From IMG/VR virus record IMGVR_UViG_3300044911_002392, positions 1-27,454 of that record: a stretch of DNA of 27,454 bases. The stretch is one strand, 5' to 3'. Made by a program: the position numbers and the translations under genes. The notes beneath the pieces are model-generated. The model ran no database searches. It was given only the letters and a program-made list of their open reading frames with translations, and was not told the origin of the DNA. Below, in pieces: positions 1 through 6,683 of this stretch. This DNA is from a virus (Duplodnaviria; Caudoviricetes). The stretch's first letter is position 1. Each line of letters begins with the position of its first letter.

Positions 1-61
1 CCCCGGGGTACCGGGCCCCTCCCCCCCGGGGTCCACGACCCCTCCCCCCCGGGGGGAGGGG
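1..61. repeat. Iteron-like CCCCTCCCCCCCGGGG repeats with 23-bp period (candidate origin inside rep)
   Basis: Full copies at 16-31 and 39-54; the tail of a third copy (CCCCGGGG) is at 1-8; GGGGGGAGGGG at 51-61 is an inverted partial copy. Confidence 0.6.
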
Positions 62-390
62 AGCGTTGACCCACCCCCCACCTGCGCCACCACGGGCTCC
101 GTCGGGATGGGGTCGTCCAGCCGCACCGAGATGAGGCTGGTGGCGGTCCCGCCGCCGGGGTGCACCCGCCGAATACGCGACAGGTAGCCCATCTCCTCCA
201 GCTCACGGAGGCATCGACGGAGGTCGCGCACGTCCATGCGCGCCTCGACCGCCAGCGTGGAGTTCGAGGCCCACACGTTGTCGCCATAGCGGTCCGTATG
301 GAGTCCTACCGCCAGCAGCGCGCGGAGCTGGGGATAGGTCAGCTCCGGATCAAACAACGCCCGGGCCGGGATGATGCACAGGTTCGGCAT
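1..390 (-). CDS. Phage replication initiator with N-terminal winged HTH (3' part runs off the window)
   Basis: Absent from the ORF track; translated by hand from ATG at 390: MPNLCIIPARALFDPELTYPQLRALLAVGLHTDRYGDNVWASNSTLAVEARMDVRDLRRCLRELEEMGYLSRIRR..., open to base 1. The 'W-S--TLA-E------VRR-L-ELE--GYL' pattern is typical of phage replisome-organiser HTH proteins. Confidence 0.8.
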   Translation of the reverse strand, partial: MPNLCIIPARALFDPELTYPQLRALLAVGLHTDRYGDNVWASNSTLAVEARMDVRDLRRCLRELEEMGYLSRIRRVHPGGGTATSLISVRLDDPIPTEPVVAQVGGGSTLPSPRGGGVVDPGGEGPGTPG

Positions 391-405
391 AGGGTCCAAA
401 GCATA

Positions 406-482
406 GCCCCCCGCTGCAGGGGTGGAGTCCGTCGCGCCGAGCAAGGGGGGTGTCGGCGGACGGCACCCTGCAGACGGGGGGC
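406..482 (-). promoter_or_regulatory. Long stem-loop in the 5' leader of rep (candidate cis-regulatory RNA)
   Basis: Watson-Crick arms 406-413/475-482, 414-421/466-473, 429-433/459-463 and 435-440/453-458. It ends about 15 nt before the rep ATG. Confidence 0.6.
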
Positions 483-539
483 CGGGATGCTACGGGCTCG
501 GCGTCCTGCTCCAACAGGGCCGTGCGTCAGTTGTCCCGC

Positions 540-568
540 ACAATGCCACCGGAGCGGTGATTCGTCAA
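540..568 (-). promoter_or_regulatory. Sigma70-like promoter facing rep
   Basis: Minus strand reads TTGACG-17 nt-CATTGT, with TGG just before the -10 box (extended -10-like). Confidence 0.5.
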
Positions 569-588
569 CCCGTAGGGTATGCTACGTG

Positions 589-1764
589 CTAGTGCGGTGA
601 GTTCTTCGCATCCCCTGTCTGATAAGCGTGAGGTCCGAGGTTCAACTCCTCGCTGGCCCATCGTCGTTCGTTTCGGACGCGCGCCCGTAGGCGTGCGGCC
701 TCTGCCCGCGCGTACTCGGCCTGCTGCTCGGCGTAGATGCGGTCCGGGACGGCCGTGTCCGTCCAGCCGCCGTGCGCCATCAGCCCCTCGCGCGACACCC
801 CCAGCGCCTTCACCGCGTCCACCGCCGCGCGCCGGATCCCATACGCCCCCCGGCCCGGGCGGTGCGGCACGCCGGCAGCCGCCTCCACCATCGCGAACTG
901 GGCCACCACCCACCGCCGGCCAACCGGGCGCGCGGACAGGTGCCGGGTGGGACAGGCCCGTGCTGCCCCGCTGCGGCCCCCGGGAAGCTGTCCGCACGGG
1001 AATAAGGGGTAATCCTGCCCTGAGCCCTCCAGCTCGCTCAGATAGCCCTCCAGCGCCTCTAGCGCGGCTGCCTGCTGGCCGGCGGTAAGCTCGACCACCA
1101 CGCCCCGCTTCCGGCCCCGGCCGCGCACGGTCAGGGTGCCCCCCTGCAGGTCGAGGTCGCGGCGCCGGCAGCGCACCACCTGCCCCAGCCGGAGCTCGGC
1201 GCCCAGCGCCAGCAGCAGCCGGAACCGAGGGTCGGCTTGTTCCGCCGCCTGCAGGATCCGGCGCAGCTCCTCGAGGGTGTGGCGGGGTCGGCGCGGCTCC
1301 GGGCCGTCCCCGGCCAGCCGGTGGTAGTCCTCGGCCAGCCGGAGGCGCCACTCCCGCTCCGGGCCGACGATGCGGACCACGTGGCCCTCCTCCACCAGCC
1401 ACCGCGCCACGGTGGCGGCGCGCTGCACCACCAGCTCGGTGCCCCGGTGCCCGCCGTGGCCGGCCTCGCGCAGCACGGTGAGGCGCCACCGCCAGAGGCT
1501 GCGCCAGTCACCCCGGGTGAGGGTGCCCCACGGCCGGTCGGCGCCCCAGTGTGCAGCCGCCAGCGCCAGCGCGCGCGCCACCTCCTTCCCGTGCCCCGTC
1601 TCGCGCGACCAGCGGCCCGTGGCCGGGTCCAGCGCCACCTCGGCCGCCTCGCCCACGGTCATGGGGCCGCCGCCCGCCGCAGGGCGGATCCACTGTCGCA
1701 CCCGCTGCCCCCAACGCAAAGGGGCGGACCCGTGGCCCGCCCCTTTGTCCTTCGCTCCGCTCAT
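589..1764 (-). CDS. int: Tyrosine recombinase / phage integrase
   Basis: Catalytic motifs: LLLALGAELRLGQV (R), GRGRKRG (K), AYGIRR (H-x-x-R variant), GGW...DRIY (W, Y). Overlaps the tRNA-derived att core. Confidence 0.9.
   Translation of the reverse strand: MSGAKDKGAGHGSAPLRWGQRVRQWIRPAAGGGPMTVGEAAEVALDPATGRWSRETGHGKEVARALALAAAHWGADRPWGTLTRGDWRSLWRWRLTVLREAGHGGHRGTELVVQRAATVARWLVEEGHVVRIVGPEREWRLRLAEDYHRLAGDGPEPRRPRHTLEELRRILQAAEQADPRFRLLLALGAELRLGQVVRCRRRDLDLQGGTLTVRGRGRKRGVVVELTAGQQAAALEALEGYLSELEGSGQDYPLFPCGQLPGGRSGAARACPTRHLSARPVGRRWVVAQFAMVEAAAGVPHRPGRGAYGIRRAAVDAVKALGVSREGLMAHGGWTDTAVPDRIYAEQQAEYARAEAARLRARVRNERRWASEELNLGPHAYQTGDAKNSPH
619..660 (+). other. attP core candidate: 3' half of tRNA-Ile(GAU)
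   Basis: CT-GAT-AA anticodon loop, GCGTG, AGGTC variable loop, T-arm CGAGG-TTCAACT-CCTCG, acceptor strand CTGGCCC-A. No D-arm or 5' acceptor strand upstream. It lies within an integrase gene. Confidence 0.88.
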
Positions 1765-2021
1765 GCCTCCTGCGCTTTCTCCGGCTCACCCGGCTTGTCG
1801 TCACTCTGGCCCTGCTCCTGCGCCGGCCCCTGCATCGCCTGCTGCATGTACTCGTCCCACGCCATGGTCAGCGGCACCGGCTGCATCCGCCCCCAGCGCC
1901 GTTCCTTGCTGCTCCACTCCCACATGTTGCCGGCGGCCGTCAGCACCAGCAGCTTACCGCTCGCGCCGACCGTCATCGACACCGGGATGTCGTGAACGGT
2001 CTTCTCGGTCACGTCGCTCAT
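1761..2021 (-). CDS. Hypothetical protein (86 aa, [14 protein letters not shown]...)
   Basis: ATGA overlaps with bet upstream and int downstream. True start inferred at 2021 rather than 2546. Confidence 0.7.
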   Translation of the reverse strand: MSDVTEKTVHDIPVSMTVGASGKLLVLTAAGNMWEWSSKERRWGRMQPVPLTMAWDEYMQQAMQGPAQEQGQSDDKPGEPEKAQEA

Positions 2022-2884
2022 GCCACCAGCCCCTCGGCTTCCGCCGCGTCCTCGTCCATGTCCTGCTGCGCCGCCCGGTCGAACAGCACCAGCTCCACCG
2101 CGTGGGCCATCACGACGTTCTCCTTCTCTATCGCCCACGCCAGCAACTTCTCGAGGTGCTCCGTGCTCATGTCGCCCAGCGTCCGCCCCTTCACCGTGAT
2201 GCGCAGCGCCTCGTCCAGCGTCGGCAGCGCCGGTGCCGGCGCGGGGAGGGCCGGAATCTCCTCCTGCGCCTCCCCGGACGACTCCGTGGGCGCCACGCTG
2301 GCCTGCCCCATCTCGTCGCTGGTGTAGAGGCCGCTCAGTTCCTGCGGGAACGCCTTCCGCAACGCGAGCGCCTCGGCACACTTCGCCAGCATCACCGCCG
2401 GCATCTTGCCCCACAGCCCGCTGGGCTTCCCTTCCTTGGTCAACTGCCGGTATTCGGGCAGCGTGGCGACGGCGTACAGCGGCTGCGCGAAGTCGTGCCG
2501 CAGCACGCCTACCCGGGCGGCGGCCGGTGGGTGCGACTTCAGCCACACGTCACACCACACGCCGTCCTCGCCGCACCACTGCGCGGGCGTCTGGCCGGCG
2601 TAGCGCGCTGTGCGCTCCGCGATCAGCCGGAACCCGTCGATGCTCACCTGCACCGCCATCACCTCGCGACGCTCGCGGCTGTCCCAGCGCTTGATGGCGT
2701 AAATCTGCCGCGCGAACGGGTCCAGCCCGGTGCGCTGCACCTGCTGCGCGAACAGCGCCAGCTCGTCGTCCGTCGCGCCCTTGGCGATGGTGCGCTTGAT
2801 CAGCTCCACCTGCTCCCGGGACAGCGCCGCCCCCTCCATGGGGGCGACGGTCCCGTTGTTCATCTTCGTCACGGCAGTGCTCAC
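2018..2884 (-). CDS. bet: Phage recombination protein Bet (Red-beta/RecT ssDNA annealing family)
   Basis: [17 protein letters not shown]...[15 protein letters not shown]...[12 protein letters not shown]...[20 protein letters not shown]...[11 protein letters not shown] start with AAGGGGGAG RBS and GTGA overlap. Confidence 0.92.
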   Translation of the reverse strand: MSTAVTKMNNGTVAPMEGAALSREQVELIKRTIAKGATDDELALFAQQVQRTGLDPFARQIYAIKRWDSRERREVMAVQVSIDGFRLIAERTARYAGQTPAQWCGEDGVWCDVWLKSHPPAAARVGVLRHDFAQPLYAVATLPEYRQLTKEGKPSGLWGKMPAVMLAKCAEALALRKAFPQELSGLYTSDEMGQASVAPTESSGEAQEEIPALPAPAPALPTLDEALRITVKGRTLGDMSTEHLEKLLAWAIEKENVVMAHAVELVLFDRAAQQDMDEDAAEAEGLVA

Positions 2885-3267
2885 AGCTCCCCCTTGTCGA
2901 TATTGTCGAGAATCTCGGTGTCGAGGCCCCACATGTGCGGTTGGCGCCGCACGCCTTTGATGTCCTCGTCGGTCCAGTGACGAAGGACACGGCCCACCGC
3001 ACGGCGTACATCCAATGCATGGTCCGTCATCTCGCGCATTGAGTTGTACATCAGCGTCGCTCGCATATGCCCCATGTCAACAATGCACGCCACGATGTCG
3101 GCCCCGCCCTTGTCCACCAGTCCGGCGACGTAGCTGTCGCGGCGCACTACTTTCTCCGTCGGCCAGTCAAGGCACAGCAGCGCCATCTCCTTGCGGGCAT
3201 TCTCGAGTTGGTGCAGCACCCGCTGCACGCCTTCGTCGGACTGAGTCCTCCACTCGTTAAGCGTCAC
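2881..3267 (-). CDS. Hypothetical protein (128 aa)
   Basis: GTGA overlaps at both ends; protein-like composition from [13 protein letters not shown] onward. Confidence 0.7.
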   Translation of the reverse strand: MTLNEWRTQSDEGVQRVLHQLENARKEMALLCLDWPTEKVVRRDSYVAGLVDKGGADIVACIVDMGHMRATLMYNSMREMTDHALDVRRAVGRVLRHWTDEDIKGVRRQPHMWGLDTEILDNIDKGEL

Positions 3268-3992
3268 AGGCCGGCCTCCAGCACGTGTGGCACGCCCCAC
3301 GAAGAGAACGTCGGCGCAATGCGGCGGAAGATGTCGCGCGTGGTCCGCACGTCCTGCCGGCAGTACTCCGCGATGGCCTCGAACTGCCCCGCGTTGTACA
3401 GCGGCCACACCGCGCCGCCGTCCATCCCCGGGGTCTTGCCCGCCACGCCCAGCGCCTGCGCCCACTCGTCCAGCCCCTCGCCGCTCACGCGCACTTCGTG
3501 GTTCATCAGCGCCGCCTTGCAGTCGAAGTGCGGGTACAGCGTGTACCGCTTGAACCACCCCTGCACGCGGTTCGTGTACAGCAGGCGCTTGGGGAGCTCG
3601 ACGCCAAGGATCAGCCCGCGCACCAGCAGGAACCGGAGGTCAAAGTGCCCGTTCCACGTCACCACCTCCCCCTCGCGAAGCGCCAGCAACTCGAAGGTGC
3701 GCCACACCGCGAAGCGCTCCTCCGACTCGTTCCACGCCTCCATCACCTGCACGTCGTCACCGCCGACGGCGGGCGTCAGCCCCACGCACAGCACGCGCCC
3801 CAGCCGGGGGTTGAGGCTGTACGCCTTGACGCGCTCCGTCTCCCACGCCGCGCGGTCGGCCTCGCGCCAGCGGCTGATCGCCTCCTCGCTCTTGTAGTTC
3901 GCGGGCGGCTGCCGCTGCGCCTCGGGGTAGGGCAGCGCCATGCTGCTCGCGAGCGGGACCGTCTCAATGTCAAGCACGACCGGGTTGTCCAT
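3264..3992 (-). CDS. DEDD (DnaQ/PolB-like) 3'-5' exonuclease, RNase H fold
   Basis: ExoI LDIET, ExoII VTWNGHFDL, ExoIII YCRQDV. Start at the ATG of MDNPVVLDIET. Confidence 0.88.
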   Translation of the reverse strand: MDNPVVLDIETVPLASSMALPYPEAQRQPPANYKSEEAISRWREADRAAWETERVKAYSLNPRLGRVLCVGLTPAVGGDDVQVMEAWNESEERFAVWRTFELLALREGEVVTWNGHFDLRFLLVRGLILGVELPKRLLYTNRVQGWFKRYTLYPHFDCKAALMNHEVRVSGEGLDEWAQALGVAGKTPGMDGGAVWPLYNAGQFEAIAEYCRQDVRTTRDIFRRIAPTFSSWGVPHVLEAGL

Positions 3993-4159
3993 CACGCATC
4001 CCCCCGGCCAAACGACGCATCCACCAACCGCGCCAGCCGCTGCTGCGCCTGCTCCTCGCGACGCGCCGCCTCCACCTCCAGCTCGTCCACCCGCTGCTCC
4101 AGCCGCGCCACCGCCTCCTGCAGCGCACGGATCGCGTCCCGCGTCTCGTCCAACATCAT
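3992..4159 (-). CDS. Small coiled-coil hypothetical protein (55 aa)
   Basis: AAGGGGG RBS, heptad-like IRALQEAVARLEQRVDELE, stop overlaps the exonuclease start. Confidence 0.65.
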   Translation of the reverse strand: MMLDETRDAIRALQEAVARLEQRVDELEVEAARREEQAQQRLARLVDASFGRGDA

Positions 4160-4220
4160 CGTGCCCCCTTGCGTAGTTGATGAACCTGCTGCGGACCTCA
4201 CGTGGAACCACCACATCGAC

Positions 4221-4487
4221 CTACGCCTGCGACGCCGCCTCATGCCGCGCCTCGGGGCTGCCTTCGCCGGCGGTGTCGTCCGCCAGCACGCCCGCGATGA
4301 AGTCGTCCAGCACCTGACGCAACCGGCGCGATTGCCGCCGGCCCGTGCTGACCATGTACAGGTGGTCGGGGGTCACCCCCAAGTCCTGTGCGACCTGCCG
4401 CACGGACAGCCCCGACAATGCCAGCGCGGCACGTAACTCGCGGTGGATGCTGTCACGCGGCGGCGGCTGAGGGACTGGTGCCGTCAT
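4221..4487 (-). CDS. Cro-like XRE HTH regulator
   Basis: ELRAALALSGLSVRQVAQDLGVTPDHLYMVSTGRRQS; first gene of the early operon, divergent from the repressor. Confidence 0.8.
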   Translation of the reverse strand: MTAPVPQPPPRDSIHRELRAALALSGLSVRQVAQDLGVTPDHLYMVSTGRRQSRRLRQVLDDFIAGVLADDTAGEGSPEARHEAASQA

Positions 4488-4554
4488 ACGAAATCCCCTA
4501 TGCTGGAGGTTGGCTATGCTGCTCGACGCGGAGAAGATCCTACCCGCACGGAGT

Positions 4555-4583
4555 AAACTACACCGGGGCGGTAGGATGCGCAA
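4555..4583 (-). promoter_or_regulatory. Early (lytic) promoter candidate
   Basis: Minus strand reads TTGCGC-17 nt-TAGTTT, overlapped by the ATCCTACC/GGTAGGAT inverted repeat. Confidence 0.5.
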
Positions 4584-4677
4584 CGGGTCGGGGCGCCTAC
4601 CTTACGGCCGCCAGCCCTTGACGGCCGGAAGCATTCCTGTTAGCGGTAAGGCATTGCCGCAGAAAGTGTTGCGTTCA

Positions 4678-5142
4678 ATGGCGAGAGGGGAGCCCGCGAT
4701 CTATATGTCGCACGGTTTGGGCCGGAGGCTGTTCCAAGCGCGCCACGCGCTGTCCGTGGAGCTCGGCTACAACGTCACGCAAACCAGCGTCGCGAAGGCG
4801 CTGGGGACCACCGGCACCTCCATTGGGCGCTACGAGGCCGGGATCAAGATCCCCGACCTCGAGATGCTCGAGCGGCTTGCGATGGTGCTGCGGGTGACGC
4901 CCTGCTACCTCGCGTTCGGGTGCGAGCACCCCATGACGGGGCGCGACATCACCGACGAAGAAACAGAACCAGCGCCGCGCCTGCCAACGCACCGGCCCCG
5001 GCGTCGCGAGCTCGAGTCCGAAGGGAGGGACGCCCGGGCGGTGCCGCCAGTGCCGATTCAGCGGCCAGCCGCAGCCGGTGCTCGAGCGCGGCCCGCTGCT
5101 CGCACGTCAGCACCGAAGAGACACACGCGCGGAGGGCGGTAG
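4678..5142 (+). CDS. CI-like XRE-family repressor (no peptidase S24 domain seen)
   Basis: LGRRLFQARHAL...TQTSVAKALGTTGTSIGRYEAGIKIPDLEMLERLAMVLRVTPCYLAFG. The only convincing plus-strand gene; start at 4678 or 4705. Confidence 0.85.
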   Translation: MARGEPAIYMSHGLGRRLFQARHALSVELGYNVTQTSVAKALGTTGTSIGRYEAGIKIPDLEMLERLAMVLRVTPCYLAFGCEHPMTGRDITDEETEPAPRLPTHRPRRRELESEGRDARAVPPVPIQRPAAAGARARPAARTSAPKRHTRGGR

Positions 5143-5455
5143 TCGTCACGCGCAGCGCGCTGTCCGCCCGCGCGCTGTCGGCTGCGATCACCGGGATGGA
5201 ATCGACCCGCACGAGCGTGTCCACCTGCCGCACCAGCCGCCACAGCCGCACCGTGTCTGCGCGGTACACTGTGTCGAGCTGGCGCAGCAGTACCCGCACC
5301 GTGTCCGTCCGCTGCCGGTAGCCTTCCCGGTGCGCCGCCGCGCGCCCCTCCCGGTAGGCGTGCGCCCACACCGCGCCCACCGCCGCCGACGCGAGCGCCA
5401 GCACCAGCGCCACCTGCCCGGGCCAGCTCCCCAGCCGTTCCAGCGCCTTCCGCAT
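4949..5455 (-). CDS. Putative spanin/Rz-like membrane protein
   Basis: Directly after the endolysin; N-terminal hydrophobic segment, helical middle with two Cys, C-terminal hydrophobic segment. Confidence 0.55.
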   Translation of the reverse strand: MRKALERLGSWPGQVALVLALASAAVGAVWAHAYREGRAAAHREGYRQRTDTVRVLLRQLDTVYRADTVRLWRLVRQVDTLVRVDSIPVIAADSARADSALRVTTTALRACVSSVLTCEQRAALEHRLRLAAESALAAPPGRPSLRTRARDAGAGALAGAALVLFLRR

Positions 5456-5898
5456 CACACCCTCACGAAAAGGAGGCCCTTGCGTCGCCGCTCCCGAGCA
5501 AACACACCCCAGCCCTCGCGCGTCCCCCCCGGCCCCGTGTTGCCCTCGATGGTGCCCACCACCTCCGGCGTCACCCGGGTGACGAACCCCGTGTGCACCG
5601 CGTCCGTGGGGCTGCGCATCACGAGGAACAGGTCTCCGGGCACCGGCTCGGCCGTCACCCGGCCGCCCTTCCGCGCCCACTCGAGGAGCACGTCGCAGCT
5701 CGCGGTCGCCGGCAGCGGGTTCTTGCCCCGGTAGGCGATCCCCAGCACGAACGCCACGAACGATGCGCACCACGGGTCACCGCGCCGGTTCCCCGTCGTG
5801 CGCTGGATGGCCTCCACCCACGGCCCGTCGTTGGCGCCCGTCCCTTCCTTTACCCACCCCACAAAGCGCTCCGCCACCAGCACCACCTCGTCCTTCAC
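5455..5898 (-). CDS. CHAP-domain endolysin
   Basis: PWCASFV...PGDL...HTGFV...TIEGNT (Cys/His/Glu-Asn CHAP motifs). GTG start overlaps the holin stop. Confidence 0.88.
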   Translation of the reverse strand: MKDEVVLVAERFVGWVKEGTGANDGPWVEAIQRTTGNRRGDPWCASFVAFVLGIAYRGKNPLPATASCDVLLEWARKGGRVTAEPVPGDLFLVMRSPTDAVHTGFVTRVTPEVVGTIEGNTGPGGTREGWGVFARERRRKGLLFVRV

Positions 5899-6215
5899 TT
5901 GCTCACCTCGTATCCCTCCTCCGGGCGCCGGCGCGCCTGCACCTTCTCGCGCAGCGCCTGCCCCACCGCCGCAGCCGCCGCGCCCACCTGCGGCCCGAGG
6001 TACTGGGCGATGCGCGGGCCAGCCGCCCACGCAATCAGCGCCACCTCCACCGCCGAGAGGAAGGACAGCGCGCCGTTGCTCACCGTCGCCCACGTCAGCG
6101 ACAGGAAACACAGGCTGTAGATGCTCCACCCCCACAGCAGCGAGCGCGCCGTAGACAGCCGCCCCCGCTCGTCCTCCACCAGCTCGAGCAGCTTCGCCTT
6201 AGTGCTGGTGGTCAC
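5895..6215 (-). CDS. Putative holin
   Basis: 106 aa with hydrophobic segments and a charged C-terminus; DERGRLSTAR motif before the first TM; immediately upstream of the endolysin. Confidence 0.65.
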   Translation of the reverse strand: MTTSTKAKLLELVEDERGRLSTARSLLWGWSIYSLCFLSLTWATVSNGALSFLSAVEVALIAWAAGPRIAQYLGPQVGAAAAAVGQALREKVQARRRPEEGYEVSK

Positions 6216-6450
6216 TGTGCCCGTGCTCCACGTGGTGGAAATTCTCGAGCTGCCGGATCCGCTGCTCGTGGTCCTTGGTGATTCCGTTGATCCCGTTGCT
6301 GCCCGTGGCCCCGAACAGCACCACGTCGATCTTGGCCTGCCATTTGCCCACGTCCCGCTTGAACATGTGGATCTCGCGCCAGAATCCCGCGAGCACGAAA
6401 CCGGCGAACGTGATGGCGAACGACTGGAAGTCCATGCTGGCGAGATCCAT
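6199..6450 (-). CDS. Small membrane/coiled-coil protein of the lysis cassette
   Basis: N-terminal TM (FAITFAGFVLAGFW) followed by DHEQRIRQLE coiled coil. Confidence 0.65.
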   Translation of the reverse strand: MDLASMDFQSFAITFAGFVLAGFWREIHMFKRDVGKWQAKIDVVLFGATGSNGINGITKDHEQRIRQLENFHHVEHGHSDHQH

Positions 6451-6631
6451 GAGGGTCGGTTATGTTACGGGTGGTGTTTCCTGCTCGCACTCTTTCCCGG
6501 GTTCAACGATGCGACGGCAGTACAAAAACTTGACGTACAACCTTCCGCAGTCCGACGTAGACGCAGCCATCTGGTATCGCGACCATCCCGAGGGGTCAGC
6601 GGTGGCGGCACCCGCTCGCGCGATGCACGCC

Positions 6632-6669
6632 TCCGCGTCGGTGACTTTCACGGTCTGCACCGACGCGGA
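6632..6669 (-). terminator. Strong GC hairpin downstream of the last ejection gene
   Basis: Perfect 12-bp arms TCCGCGTCGGTG (6632-6643) and CACCGACGCGGA (6658-6669). No U-tract, so terminator function is uncertain. Confidence 0.45.
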
Positions 6670-6683
6670 AGGCGACGCGCCCT

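Noticed and set aside
585-663. Complete functional tRNA-Ile gene
   Set aside because: The upstream sequence lacks a D-arm, a 5' acceptor strand (GGGCCAG) and a pairing 5' anticodon stem; only the 3' half is present.
1761-2021. Excisionase call for the gene upstream of int
   Set aside because: The position fits, but it shows no basic winged-helix pattern and is acidic and Gln-rich.
6460-6660. 66-aa ORF as a real gene
   Set aside because: Its start codon is buried in a perfect 12-bp hairpin and it has no recognisable features; left uncalled, though not excluded.
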